In this document: in pieces, positions 9,280 to 20,054 of the stretch | Numbering within the stretch: the first letter of the stretch is position 1 | Layout: each line of letters opens with the position of its first letter | Origin: Turneriella sp. | Lineage (GTDB): Bacteria; Spirochaetota; Leptospiria; Turneriellales; Turneriellaceae | Assembly (NCBI GenBank): GCA_965279515.1 | Contig: CBDIID010000003.1 | Coordinates: forward strand, 1,088,001 to 1,152,000 | Length of the DNA: 64,000 nucleotides | Direction of reading: 5' to 3' | Program-made: the position numbers and the translations under genes | Notes under the pieces: generated by a model | Told to the model about the DNA's origin: nothing | Database searches by the model: none | The model's input: only the letters and a program-made list of their open reading frames with translations

Positions 9280-10466
9280 TGTTCGGATACCTGTTCGCGC
9301 GCCTTTGGAAAAACCGCCTTTCCCGGCTGCTCTTTATCGGCGCCATTCTCTTTATTACCTTTGGTCTCATCTATAATGCACGCCAGGGCCTCTATCTCTC
9401 CCTTTCGCGTACATTTTCATCGCCTGACTGGAGCGACGTTGCCATGCATAGCGCGCGGCCGTTTGCGTTTGAAGAAAATGAATCCAAAGCCCAGAGCCTG
9501 ACTGAAACCGCGTGGAAAGAAATCCATGCGCTTGCGGTCAAAAAACTCGGCATCAAAGACGCGAAAGAAACGATTGCGCGGACTGTTACGCGGCGCCCCT
9601 ATTCAACCTTTCTCTACAAGAGCGCGGAAGAAAATATTTTCACGTTCTTTAATGCGCTGCAGGGAAATTGCGGTCACCTGATGACAGATCTTTCGATTAC
9701 CGAACGCGTCAATACCGTAGCTGATTTGGCGCGCGAGAACTCCGCCAGCGGCAAAATGCGCAAGGCAGAGAATCAGCACATTAAAGACCTGCTGAAAATC
9801 CATGCGACCTACGTCGAAGCAGCGCTGCAGAAAAAACCGGACTTTGTGCCGGCGATAGAACTCAGCGAAGAGGTCTTTCGCGCCTCATGCTCGGTTCGTG
9901 AAATCGCCCCGTTAATCGCGCGCGCCCTCGATTACCGCGAATACGCACTACAGAAACAGATTTTTAATGCCGACAGCGGGCGGCTCTATGAAAAAAATCC
10001 CGAGCTCTTCCACGTCAAAAGTACCGAAGCGTTTGCGAAAGACCCGGCATACCGCGAACTCTTTATCCGCTACTTCGAAACCACGAAATACCGCACGCCG
10101 TACGACCCGGCACAATTAAAAAATGTCCGGAACGCGTATAACACCCTGCAAAATCCGAAAACGCTGGAGACACTGATTGCTGCTCTTCTCGCCGAAGCGC
10201 AAAACAGCACGCCGCTGATCGCCAAAAAATGTCATTTCGAACTCTTTGCACTCGACTATCCCGGCATCACTGAGCGCCAGGATTATCTCTATGCGCTTGC
10301 TGAAACCGCCGTGCGCGGTGAAGAGTTCGGCCGCGCGGCAAACATTGTCGCCAACGCTCTGAAATCGCCTTATATTAAGAGCGAAACGACGCAGAAAGAT
10401 TTTGAGCGCCTGCGCTTTCATCTGAATCTCATAAGCTATGAAAGCGAAAATCTATCTCGATTTTAA
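9279..10466 (+). CDS. Hypothetical membrane-anchored helical protein
   Basis: N-terminal TM segment; overlaps both neighbours. Confidence 0.7.
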   Translation: MFGYLFARLWKNRLSRLLFIGAILFITFGLIYNARQGLYLSLSRTFSSPDWSDVAMHSARPFAFEENESKAQSLTETAWKEIHALAVKKLGIKDAKETIARTVTRRPYSTFLYKSAEENIFTFFNALQGNCGHLMTDLSITERVNTVADLARENSASGKMRKAENQHIKDLLKIHATYVEAALQKKPDFVPAIELSEEVFRASCSVREIAPLIARALDYREYALQKQIFNADSGRLYEKNPELFHVKSTEAFAKDPAYRELFIRYFETTKYRTPYDPAQLKNVRNAYNTLQNPKTLETLIAALLAEAQNSTPLIAKKCHFELFALDYPGITERQDYLYALAETAVRGEEFGRAANIVANALKSPYIKSETTQKDFERLRFHLNLISYESENLSRF

Positions 10467-11619
10467 TTCGACACACCCGCCCAACGAAGCCGCGCTGAAA
10501 TTGGCGCGGGATTTTTATTTCACGCACTTCGCCAACTCGTCCGGGTTATCGCTGGAATCTCAGGCAGTGAATAAACGTATCGAAGAGGCGCGGGAAGACA
10601 TCGCCTGCCTGTTTTCGGTAGAGCCACGGCAGATCGTCTTCACATCCTGCGCGACGGAATCAAACAACCTGCTCATCCGTGAATTCCATGCGAAGCGCAG
10701 AAATAAAAACTTTCGCGTCCTGAGTTCGCCCTTTGAACACCCTTCTGTCGCGGAATGCCTGAAACAATTGCCCGACACTGAAATTGTTTATCTTAGCTCA
10801 GATAAAACGGGAAAAACTGAGGTTCCGGACATCACGGAAACCAGCGAGGGAGATTTTGACCTCATCACGATGATGGCGGTGCAGAATGAGAGCGGCGTTG
10901 TGCTCCCGTTAAGCGAGCTCATCGCGTCGCTCCCCGAAAACCATCCCCCTGTGCTTGCGGATTTTTCACAGGCATTGCCAAAACTCGCAGCGGATGCTCC
11001 CGAAGCATTGCGGCCGGAATTCATCGCTGCGCTGGCGCGCAGGAATATTTTTCTGACAGCCACGGGGCACAAGGTCGGGGCAGGCTTCGGTGCGGGACTC
11101 ATCGTTACCCCGCCAGGCGGTGGTGTGCTGCGTGAGACGGCATTGCTCGCTGGCGGTAATCAGGAGTTCGGCCTGCGCGCCGGAAGCCACAATATTGAGG
11201 CAATTATTGCTTTTGCTGAAGCGCTGAAGCATAAGCTCGGCGCAAACCGCTATGGAAAGTGGCAGGAAGTTACCGCCCGCTTTGAGAATCTTCTCATGAC
11301 AGCGATTCGGCCGCTTCTGCCTCTATCGGTCATCGGCGATGCGCCGGCCGGGCGGGCGCCGGGAACAACGCTTTTGCTTTTGCCGGGCATCCCCATTGAT
11401 TTTCTCATTATGGCGCTGGATAAGGAAGGAATAACGGTCTCCACCGGTACCTCGTGTAAGTCGCGTTCGCGCTCGCCTTCGGCGGCGCTTTTGGCAATGG
11501 GCTATGGCGAGGCTGATGCCCTGAGCGTTGTGCGGTTCTCATACGACCAGAATCTTTCTGGTGCAGAAATGGAAAGCGTGGCCCAGGCGCTGGCCTCCGC
11601 TATTCAAAAGCTCGCCTGA
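10438..11619 (+). CDS. Cysteine desulfurase (NifS/IscS family)
   Basis: Motifs YLDFNST, EHPSV, TGHKVG (PLP lysine) and STGTSC (catalytic cysteine). Confidence 0.88.
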   Translation: MKAKIYLDFNSTHPPNEAALKLARDFYFTHFANSSGLSLESQAVNKRIEEAREDIACLFSVEPRQIVFTSCATESNNLLIREFHAKRRNKNFRVLSSPFEHPSVAECLKQLPDTEIVYLSSDKTGKTEVPDITETSEGDFDLITMMAVQNESGVVLPLSELIASLPENHPPVLADFSQALPKLAADAPEALRPEFIAALARRNIFLTATGHKVGAGFGAGLIVTPPGGGVLRETALLAGGNQEFGLRAGSHNIEAIIAFAEALKHKLGANRYGKWQEVTARFENLLMTAIRPLLPLSVIGDAPAGRAPGTTLLLLPGIPIDFLIMALDKEGITVSTGTSCKSRSRSPSAALLAMGYGEADALSVVRFSYDQNLSGAEMESVAQALASAIQKLA

Positions 11620-11670
11620 GATCAGGCGATCTCTGATTGTCAGTATGTCGCGGCGCGGCATTTTATCTTT

Positions 11671-13623
11671 ATGCGCCTTACCGTCCTGTTATTGCTCACC
11701 ACACTCATCGCCTGCGCTTCAGGCCCCGAAAAGGGACCTACCCCGGTGTTTGCTGACCTGATTGCAAACGCCACTGAGCTGCGCGAGAAAGGCAATACGG
11801 AAAAAGCACAGTATCAGAATCTCGTGGACGCCCTCGCGCGCATCAAAAAAGAAAATCCGCAATACAAAAGCGACGGCGGTAACACAAAGCTCGCTGCGGA
11901 TTTCATGACGAAATTCCCCGCCGTTTCGTGCGAACTGACAGTCACCGAACCGGATGAAAAATATTTCACCGTGACCGGTTTTGCCTCACCGCTGGTTCTC
12001 ACGGCGACTTGTCCCGTGGCTGCTCCCTTTACCTTTGAAGCCGACAGCCCCGACATCGCGCTCGCTCCCGAGGGTTTTGTTTATGCCGCCGGCAAAATGA
12101 CGGCGAAGATCCGCGTAAACTCTGCCACGACGGAACGCAAACGGAACAAGCTGCGTTTCTCGGCGCGCTATTATGCGGCCGATTTTCTCGCGGGCCTGCG
12201 CGCCGATTTTGACAGCGTCGAAACCAGCATCATTGCCCTCAACCCCGTGGAATATACAATCGCGAGCACACCGCTGGCGTCTCCCGATTCATACGATGCG
12301 GTGCGCCGCCGTTTCCGCAAAGCTGAGTACACCAGCTCGGCCGAGGCGGGAGGTTTAGGGAGCGAGGTCGCGCTTTCGGAAACCGGTCAGTTTACCATTG
12401 GCGGCACACATTCCGGAAAAAAATTCGATCTCACATACGGGCATCCCAATGGCACATTGCCCGACGGTATCGGCACCTCATTCACGACCGTGCGCGTGGA
12501 CGGCACCGATTACCGTTTCGAAGAGCAGCGCTCGAAACGCATGAAGGCTGACGACGGCGCCCTGGTCTGCGAGGCAAAGATCGCCAAGACGGGTATTACG
12601 GTGATCCAGACTCTGAAGCCCGAAGAAGATAAAGACCGCATCCGCACACGCATTAGTTATACGATCAAAAATAATTCCAAAAAGACACACAAGGTGGGCA
12701 TCCGCCTGATATTAGACACCTGGGCGGGAGCCAACGACGGCGTGCCGTTTCTGTTGCCGACCGGCGACACAAAACAACTCTACCGCAGCGAAGTCGAATT
12801 CACACCCAGCGCAGCGGTGATGTGGCAGATCTATGATACAGAGCGTGCAAAGGTCGGTAAGAATCTCGCGGTCGAACCCGCATTGCAGAACATTCTAATC
12901 GGTAAAGATCTTGTGCCGCCTGACCGCGTGGCGCTCGCTAACTGGCCGAATGCCGTCACGTCCCTGTGGGATTACGCCGTCTCTGGTGACCGCCGCATCA
13001 CCGGAGATTCGGCTGTCATTCTCTGGTGGCATCCCGCCGAAATTAAAGCAGGCTCGTCGCAGCTCATTGCCACGGAACTCGGCGCCTTCGCCGATAAGCG
13101 TGAGCCCGCGGTTTTTGTGACGAACCCGGATTCCGGCGATCTCCTGGTTTATCTCTGGCATTTCAACGCGGGCGACAAAGCCGAGCAGATTTCATACACC
13201 GTGCGCGCTGTGAACGGTAGCTTTACATACAATGTCGAGAAAGACACGGCCGAGCTGCAGCCGGGCGAGGCCTTCATCAAGGCGAATCCGGCGCAGATTC
13301 TCGCAGAAGGCACATCGACCGTCATTATCAGCGAAACCGTGAACGGTGCGACCAAAGAGTACAAATTTCCTATCGACAATCTCAAGATGTGGAAAAAATT
13401 CCGCGGTGCCCCGCTCGCCGAGCCGGCCAAACCCTTCCCGGTAAGTTATTTCGACGAACGCGATCTCGCACTCAAGGCCCGGCTGAAAAATGCCGGTGGC
13501 AAAGTGCTGCAGTCGATCAGCCTCGACAAAAAAGCCATCGACGGCGGATTTCAGTATACGGGAAATTTTGAAATTCCGTCCGACGCGGCTGCAGGCCGCT
13601 ACACGGTTGAGGTGGTAAAATGA
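11671..13623 (+). CDS. Large hypothetical lipoprotein, beta-rich
   Basis: Lipobox LTTLIAC; 650 aa. Confidence 0.75.
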   Translation: MRLTVLLLLTTLIACASGPEKGPTPVFADLIANATELREKGNTEKAQYQNLVDALARIKKENPQYKSDGGNTKLAADFMTKFPAVSCELTVTEPDEKYFTVTGFASPLVLTATCPVAAPFTFEADSPDIALAPEGFVYAAGKMTAKIRVNSATTERKRNKLRFSARYYAADFLAGLRADFDSVETSIIALNPVEYTIASTPLASPDSYDAVRRRFRKAEYTSSAEAGGLGSEVALSETGQFTIGGTHSGKKFDLTYGHPNGTLPDGIGTSFTTVRVDGTDYRFEEQRSKRMKADDGALVCEAKIAKTGITVIQTLKPEEDKDRIRTRISYTIKNNSKKTHKVGIRLILDTWAGANDGVPFLLPTGDTKQLYRSEVEFTPSAAVMWQIYDTERAKVGKNLAVEPALQNILIGKDLVPPDRVALANWPNAVTSLWDYAVSGDRRITGDSAVILWWHPAEIKAGSSQLIATELGAFADKREPAVFVTNPDSGDLLVYLWHFNAGDKAEQISYTVRAVNGSFTYNVEKDTAELQPGEAFIKANPAQILAEGTSTVIISETVNGATKEYKFPIDNLKMWKKFRGAPLAEPAKPFPVSYFDERDLALKARLKNAGGKVLQSISLDKKAIDGGFQYTGNFEIPSDAAAGRYTVEVVK

Positions 13624-14132
13624 AACAATTCACTGCGATCAGTCTCATGACGCTGGCGGCGCTGGGCCGGGGGATGCATGCTGAAGAAATACTCTCTACC
13701 CGCCCCGTCGTCATCTCGCCTAAACGCATCGAAACCGAAACCACGATTCCGGGTAAAGCCGCGAAAAGAACGGTAAAAACTGAGCCTAAAGAAGAACCTG
13801 CGGCGCCTGAAGCCGAAGAGAAAGAAACCGGCGTCACCATTGATGACAAAAGCGTCGTCCTGAAAATTTCATTCAAACCGGGTTCGATTCAGCTGTCAAA
13901 ACCGATTCGTAAACAGCTGATCGCGCTGGGCCTGAAGCCCGGTCAGAAAATACGCATCACCGGCTTTGGCGAAAGCAAGGGAAAAAAAGCCGCGCGGCTT
14001 GCAAACCTGCGTGCGCGCGTGGTCGCTTCGTTCCTGAATGAAGCCGTCGGCGAGATCCATACCAACCTGCAGTGGAGCGCTCAACCCCTGTCGGCTTATC
14101 CCGAAGGTGCGGTGATCGAGACGGTGAACTAA
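13620..14132 (+). CDS. Exported protein with an OmpA-like C-terminal domain
   Basis: ISFKPGS...IRITGFG...LANLRARVVASFL pattern. Confidence 0.6.
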   Translation: MKQFTAISLMTLAALGRGMHAEEILSTRPVVISPKRIETETTIPGKAAKRTVKTEPKEEPAAPEAEEKETGVTIDDKSVVLKISFKPGSIQLSKPIRKQLIALGLKPGQKIRITGFGESKGKKAARLANLRARVVASFLNEAVGEIHTNLQWSAQPLSAYPEGAVIETVN

Positions 14133-14134
14133 TT

Positions 14135-16252
14135 ATGCATATCTTTGCATCCATCGTTTTCAACCTGATGATCGCCACGGCGGCCTATGCCGCGCTCATG
14201 GCTATCCTGCATCTCGTCCGGCAAAAAAAGGCGCTGCTGACCCCGGCTACTTCACAGGGCATCTTCCTTTCCCATGCGCGCTCGGCCCTGGAACTACACC
14301 TGATTGCTGTTTCGATCTGCGTGGCGCTGCTGCTCTACATGCTGGTCTCCGCCGATTTCTCGATCGTCTATGTCGCCGAGCACGTCAACCTGCAGCTGCC
14401 GGTATTTTACCGCCTGACCTCGCTTTGGGCAGGCCAGGCAGGCTCGATGCTGTGGTGGAATTTTCTCGTGGTCTTGTTCTCTTATCTGGCGGTGCGGCAT
14501 ATGCGCAAAGCCGAGGCGGCGCTTGAGCCGTATATGATCGCCATCCTGATGACGACATCGTTGTTCTTTACGGCGATCGGCTGTTTTTCACCGACCTCAG
14601 ATCCCTTCCGTGTTTTCCAGGAAGGTGAAAAACTTTTTGCGCATCCCGAAGGCCGGGGATTAAACCCACTGCTGCAGCATTGGGCGATGATTATCCATCC
14701 GCCGATCCTGTACCTGGGTTACGTTTCATTCGCAGTCCCCTTCGCCATCGCGATGTCTGCACTACTCCACGGCAACCCTTCTCTCTCCTGGGTCAAATAT
14801 GTGCGCCGCTGGACGATCTTCAGCTGGTTCTTTTTGGGCACAGGAATTCTGCTCGGCGGTAAATGGGCCTATGAAGAACTCGGCTGGGGCGGCTACTGGG
14901 CGTGGGACCCCGTTGAAAACGCCTCGCTCATGCCCTGGCTTACGGCAACGGCATTTCTGCACTCGATCATTGTGCAGGAACGCCGCGGCATGCTCAAGGT
15001 CTGGAACATGGTCCTGGTCTCGATATCTTTCGTTATGACCATCGTTGGCACCGCGCTCACGCGCTCGGGCGTGGTGCAGTCGGTGCATGCATTTGCGCAG
15101 TCAAATTTGGGCTGGTTCTTTTTGGGATTTATCGTGCTGACGATGATCTTCTGCACTGTGGTGATTATCCGCCGCTTTGATATGTTAAAATCTTCCGCGC
15201 CGATTGAATCGCTGCTCAGCCGCGAAGTGGGTTTCCTCTTTAACAACGTGCTGCTGCTGGCGTCGCTCTTTATCGTTTTTTTCGGCACCATGTACCCGAC
15301 ACTCAGCGAATGGATCTCAGGCCACCGCGAGTCGGTGACTGCCGAATGGTTCAATAAGTTTATGGCGCCGATGGGCATTTTGATTCTTTTCCTCACAGGT
15401 TTGGGTCCGCTGCTCGCCTGGCGTAGTACCACAATCTCTGCGCTGATGAAGAATGCCCGCATTCCGGCGCTTGCCGGTTTCGCCGTAGCGGCATTCGCAT
15501 TCTTTATCGTTGGTGGCTTTTCCGCAGACTGGAACTCCTCCCGTATTATGGCCATCGTCACTTTCGGCGTAGCCGCCTTTGTTATCGCCGGTGTTTTTGA
15601 AGAATGGCTCACCGCCGCGTTCGCGCGCCGGAACTATTCACGCGAAAATATTCCACTCGCGATGCTGCTCGTGCTGTTCCAGAACAAACGCCGCTTTTTG
15701 GGCTACATGGTGCACATCGCGCTCGCCATACTGTTTTCCGGTTTTTCAGGCCTCGCCTTCGGCACCGAAGGACGACTCATCGTGCGGCCCGGCGAAGCGC
15801 AGGCATTTGCCGGGTATACGATCCACGTAGAGAACTACGAAGAAAAGGCGATGCCCGAAAACGCCCGCGTACCGCTCTATGGCACTCGTATTGTCACCCT
15901 GGGCATTTACCGCGACAACAAACTCATCGGCCGCGACACCACGGAAATCCGCACATACCCGATGTATAATTTCCGCGAAGGGAAATTTTCCGACTCGCAG
16001 AACACCTCTGAACCGGCGATTATTTCGACGCCGCTCACCGATGTCTACCTGCAACTCGGCGGCGACGAAAAAGGCCGGCTGGTGATGCAGGTTTGGATTA
16101 ACCCCCTGGTGCGCTGGGTTTGGGCCGGTTTCGCATTCTTTGTTGCTATGGGCCTGCTGCTGTTATTACCCATCGGCGAGAAAAAATTTCTGGGTTTCGG
16201 CGCCTTCCGCTGGTCGATTACCCCCGTAAATCAGGCCCCAAAATTGCTGTAA
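14135..16252 (+). CDS. ccmF: Cytochrome c biogenesis heme lyase
   Basis: Motifs GLNPLLQH, HPP, WGGYWAWDPVENAS and SVHAF; start set at ATG 14135. Confidence 0.93.
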   Translation: MHIFASIVFNLMIATAAYAALMAILHLVRQKKALLTPATSQGIFLSHARSALELHLIAVSICVALLLYMLVSADFSIVYVAEHVNLQLPVFYRLTSLWAGQAGSMLWWNFLVVLFSYLAVRHMRKAEAALEPYMIAILMTTSLFFTAIGCFSPTSDPFRVFQEGEKLFAHPEGRGLNPLLQHWAMIIHPPILYLGYVSFAVPFAIAMSALLHGNPSLSWVKYVRRWTIFSWFFLGTGILLGGKWAYEELGWGGYWAWDPVENASLMPWLTATAFLHSIIVQERRGMLKVWNMVLVSISFVMTIVGTALTRSGVVQSVHAFAQSNLGWFFLGFIVLTMIFCTVVIIRRFDMLKSSAPIESLLSREVGFLFNNVLLLASLFIVFFGTMYPTLSEWISGHRESVTAEWFNKFMAPMGILILFLTGLGPLLAWRSTTISALMKNARIPALAGFAVAAFAFFIVGGFSADWNSSRIMAIVTFGVAAFVIAGVFEEWLTAAFARRNYSRENIPLAMLLVLFQNKRRFLGYMVHIALAILFSGFSGLAFGTEGRLIVRPGEAQAFAGYTIHVENYEEKAMPENARVPLYGTRIVTLGIYRDNKLIGRDTTEIRTYPMYNFREGKFSDSQNTSEPAIISTPLTDVYLQLGGDEKGRLVMQVWINPLVRWVWAGFAFFVAMGLLLLLPIGEKKFLGFGAFRWSITPVNQAPKLL

Positions 16253-16258
16253 AATGGC

Positions 16259-18871
16259 ATGATCGCGGACGCAACGCATAAGCTGGGGCAGGATATTGAA
16301 TTCCTGCACGGCATGCTGTCCGAGGTCATCTTGCAGCGCGAGGGCGCGGCGTTTTTCAAAACCCTCAGTGAAGCGCTGGAGCTTTCGGGCAACTACCGCG
16401 ATCAGAAGAACGAGGCGGATTTCGCCCGGTTAACTGCGCTGATCGAAGCGCTCGACAATACCAGCGCCGGAAAATTGACACGCACGCTGAGCGCCTACCT
16501 GACTCTTGTCAACATTGCCGAAGAACACCATAAGGTAAGGCTCGGCCGTGCAGAGACGCAGGCTTCCTTATCATCGACGTTTGCCTCGCTGCTGAAATCG
16601 GGCATCCAGCCAGAGAGAATTTTCTCGGCCGTCATGGAGCTACATATTGATCTCGTCCTCACTGCGCATCCCACCGAGATCATGCGGCGCGGCCTGCTGC
16701 AAAAATACACCAACATCGCGCGGGCGCTCGAAATCCGCGATTACACCGACGTACCGGTTTCTGAGCAGGCGCTCAATAACGACGCCATCCGCCGCGAGAT
16801 ATATGGTATCTGGGAAACAGATGCCATCCGCAAGAAAAAGCCGACACCGACCGACGAGGCCTACGGTGGCCTTTTGGTATTCGAGCAGACACTCTGGACC
16901 GAACTGCCGCGCTATCTGCGCGAGCTCTCCGCTTCGCTCACGGAACATACGGGGCAAAAGTTACCGCTCACCGCTGCGCCCATACACTTCAGTTCGTGGA
17001 TGGGCGGCGACCGCGATGGCAATCCCAATGTAACCCATATGGTGACGCGGCGCGCCGTCTGGCTCGCTCAGTGGATGGCCGCCGTGCTCTATGAACGCGA
17101 GATCGATAAATTACGCTTCGAACTTTCTGTCACGCCGGCCAGCGACGAGCTGCAGAAGCTGACAGAAAATGCACACGAACCCTACCGGGTCTATCTCAAG
17201 AAGACGCATACCAAAATGACATCCACACGGCTGCGCCTTGAAGATTTGCTGCAGCACGGCATAACACAAATCCAGGATTATTACCGCAACACGGAAGAAC
17301 TCACTGAAGAACTTCTGGTTGTCTACCGCTCGCTGATCGCTGTGCACATGGAAGTCATCGCTGAGGGCCGTCTCGCCGATCTCATGCGCCGCCTCGCGGT
17401 GTTCGGTCTCTATCTCGTAAAGCTGGACATCCGCCAGGAATCGGCGCGGCACAAACAGACGATGGCCGAGGTTACACGCGCCCTGGGCATGGGTGACTAT
17501 GCGGAATACCCCGAGCATGAGAAGATCGCCTTTCTCTGCACCGAGCTCAAGGAACCCAGGCCCTTGGTGCCCACCGACCTCGAATGCACACCGGAAAGCA
17601 GTGAGGTGCTCGATACATTCCGGATGCTGGCGCAGATCCGCACCGAATCTCTCGGCGCCTATGTGATCTCGATGGCGAAACAGGCCTCTGACGTGTTACT
17701 CGTGCACCTTTTCCAGAAAGTCAGCGGCCGCAAAAAACACCTGCGCGTCGTGCCGCTCTTTGAGACGATTGAAGACCTGAAGAACGCGCCGCGTATCCTA
17801 AAAAACCTGCTGAACATTCCGGAATACCGGGCGCTGATCGGCGACAAACAGGAAATCATGATCGGTTACTCCGATAGCTCGAAAGATTCGGGCATACTCA
17901 CCGCCGCCTGGCATCTCTACCGCTGCCAGGAAGAAATTATCGAAGTGTGCCGTGAGGCGGGCGTTGAGGTCACACTCTTCCATGGCCGCGGCGGCACCAT
18001 CGGTCGCGGCGGTGGGCCGACACATCTCGCGATCATGTCGCAGCCGCCGGGTTCCGTCAAAGGCCGCATCCGTGTGACGGAACAGGGTGAGATGATCCAG
18101 GCAAAATTCGGCCTGCCCAGCGTCGCCCGCCGTACGCTTGAAATCTATACCACTGCAGTGCTGACAGCAAGCCTCGAGCCGCCACCGGGGCCGCCGCAAA
18201 GTTATCGCAACATCATGGATGAGTTAGCGGAAAATGCAGCCACTGCCTACCGCTCGCTGGTATACGGCAACGATAAATTTCTGGAGTACTTTCAGACCGC
18301 GACACCGGAACGCGAACTCGGCAACCTTAATATCGGTTCGCGCCCCGCCAAACGCCGCGCAGGCGGTATCGAGAGCCTCAGGGCAATCCCCTGGATCTTT
18401 GCCTGGACGCAGACCCGGGTACTGCTGCCCTCATGGCTCGGCGTTGGCGAAGCGCTGGAAAAAATCGGCAACAAGGGCGAGCTCCACACGATGCGGCGCG
18501 ACTGGTACTTTTTCCGTTCCTTCGTCGATCTGATCGAGATGGTGCTGACCAAAACCGACGCGCGGATTGCCTCGTATTATGATACGGCGCTCGTGCCGGA
18601 AGGTCTCGCCGTTATCGGCGCTGAAATCCAGGAGAAACTCAGGGATACCACAAAGCGGATACTCCACCTTTCGAATACGGATGCGCTGGTTGCGTATGAC
18701 CACAATCTGCAGCGTGAAATCCGCTTTAGGGCCATTTGGTTGAATCCCCTGAATATTCTACAGGTCGCTTTTCTCAAGCGCCTGCGCGAAAACAGTGAAA
18801 ATGAGGCCCTCAGGCGCGGACTTTTGCTGACGATTAACGGTATCGCAGCCGGACTAAAAAATACTGGCTAG
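16259..18871 (+). CDS. ppc: Phosphoenolpyruvate carboxylase
   Basis: Motifs VLTAHPT, GGDRDGNP, MIGYSDS, FHGRGG and LRAIPW; ends KNTG. Confidence 0.97.
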   Translation: MIADATHKLGQDIEFLHGMLSEVILQREGAAFFKTLSEALELSGNYRDQKNEADFARLTALIEALDNTSAGKLTRTLSAYLTLVNIAEEHHKVRLGRAETQASLSSTFASLLKSGIQPERIFSAVMELHIDLVLTAHPTEIMRRGLLQKYTNIARALEIRDYTDVPVSEQALNNDAIRREIYGIWETDAIRKKKPTPTDEAYGGLLVFEQTLWTELPRYLRELSASLTEHTGQKLPLTAAPIHFSSWMGGDRDGNPNVTHMVTRRAVWLAQWMAAVLYEREIDKLRFELSVTPASDELQKLTENAHEPYRVYLKKTHTKMTSTRLRLEDLLQHGITQIQDYYRNTEELTEELLVVYRSLIAVHMEVIAEGRLADLMRRLAVFGLYLVKLDIRQESARHKQTMAEVTRALGMGDYAEYPEHEKIAFLCTELKEPRPLVPTDLECTPESSEVLDTFRMLAQIRTESLGAYVISMAKQASDVLLVHLFQKVSGRKKHLRVVPLFETIEDLKNAPRILKNLLNIPEYRALIGDKQEIMIGYSDSSKDSGILTAAWHLYRCQEEIIEVCREAGVEVTLFHGRGGTIGRGGGPTHLAIMSQPPGSVKGRIRVTEQGEMIQAKFGLPSVARRTLEIYTTAVLTASLEPPPGPPQSYRNIMDELAENAATAYRSLVYGNDKFLEYFQTATPERELGNLNIGSRPAKRRAGGIESLRAIPWIFAWTQTRVLLPSWLGVGEALEKIGNKGELHTMRRDWYFFRSFVDLIEMVLTKTDARIASYYDTALVPEGLAVIGAEIQEKLRDTTKRILHLSNTDALVAYDHNLQREIRFRAIWLNPLNILQVAFLKRLRENSENEALRRGLLLTINGIAAGLKNTG

Positions 18872-18921
18872 CCAAAAAGATTCCGGATACTTTTGTTGAC
18901 GTTTCGCATTCTCGTTCGTCT

Positions 18922-20046
18922 ATGGGACATATGAAAGAATTTCTGCGCCTTCTGGTCTTTACAGGCGCTTTGGTAACGGGTACAAGTTCGCTCCTGGCGG
19001 CAGGCCCCGAGGCGGCACGGGTAGCCATCATTCAGTACGAAGATAAAACCGGCTCCAAAAATTTCGAATATATGCCCGGTTCGCTTCAGGAAGCCATTAC
19101 GAAATCGATGCATAAGAAGTTCGAGTTCATTGAGGTCGACGCTTCAAAAGTCGAACCCATCGCCGCTGAAATTCGCGCGAAAAATAAAGGCAAGATTACG
19201 CCAAAAGAAGCGGCAGAGATTTGCCGCCGGGCGGACATAGATATTCTGATCTACGGAAATTTTACTTTCGATAAGGCGAACAATGAGTTGGAAATCCATA
19301 CGGACATTTCCCTCGGCTCGGCGGAAAAATTCCGTACGCTGGAACCGGTGGAGAACCGCGTCGATGCAACAATCTTCGGTGCCGCGGAACGTGTCGCGGG
19401 TGGTATTGTTACGGAGATCACAAAGGTGGCTTTAGAACAGCAACAGGCTAAGGGTAAGGTGGCAGTCGAAAAAGATAAGAAAGGCAAAACCCAACTGGAA
19501 AAGACGGAGAAAACAAAGACCTGGGCAGAGCAGAATTGGATGATCACCGCTGCTGTAGGGCCCAGCCTGCCGCTCGTGAACCGAAGCAATGCCGACCCTA
19601 AGGTTGATGGAATGATTGATGTATTGGCAGCGCGGCGTTTCAGGGGTGGGTGGCACTTTGGCCTTATGGGCACATGGGGTGGTGTCCGCACGGTGAGCAA
19701 TACTTCCGGAGCAAAATCTGAAATGAACGTAGGCGCAGGTGCGTTTACCGCCGGATATTTCTGGGATCTTTCGGCACGTTGGCGCGCAACCAGCCTTGTC
19801 GGCGCCGGCTATTATTTCGGAGACTTCAACAGGTATGTCGATTGTGGTACGAGTTGCGGCACTTCGAGTTTTACTTCGGAAAACTTCAAGATCCGCAATC
19901 CCTTCGCACTGACGCGTTTAGGTATTCACTTTCTGATTTTTTCATTCTTATCTCTGGGCCTTGAAGCGGATTACCGGGTTTACTTTGATTCATCGAAACC
20001 GGTTCAGGCGGTTCATGGCACCCTTTCGATATCTGCGGTATTTTAG
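18922..20046 (+). CDS. Outer-membrane protein with a CsgG/TolB-N-like domain and C-terminal beta-barrel
   Basis: Signal peptide, VAIIQYEDKTG...DILIYGNF alpha/beta domain, amphipathic strands, terminal Phe. Confidence 0.6.
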   Translation: MGHMKEFLRLLVFTGALVTGTSSLLAAGPEAARVAIIQYEDKTGSKNFEYMPGSLQEAITKSMHKKFEFIEVDASKVEPIAAEIRAKNKGKITPKEAAEICRRADIDILIYGNFTFDKANNELEIHTDISLGSAEKFRTLEPVENRVDATIFGAAERVAGGIVTEITKVALEQQQAKGKVAVEKDKKGKTQLEKTEKTKTWAEQNWMITAAVGPSLPLVNRSNADPKVDGMIDVLAARRFRGGWHFGLMGTWGGVRTVSNTSGAKSEMNVGAGAFTAGYFWDLSARWRATSLVGAGYYFGDFNRYVDCGTSCGTSSFTSENFKIRNPFALTRLGIHFLIFSFLSLGLEADYRVYFDSSKPVQAVHGTLSISAVF

Positions 20047-20054
20047 GAGGACTG

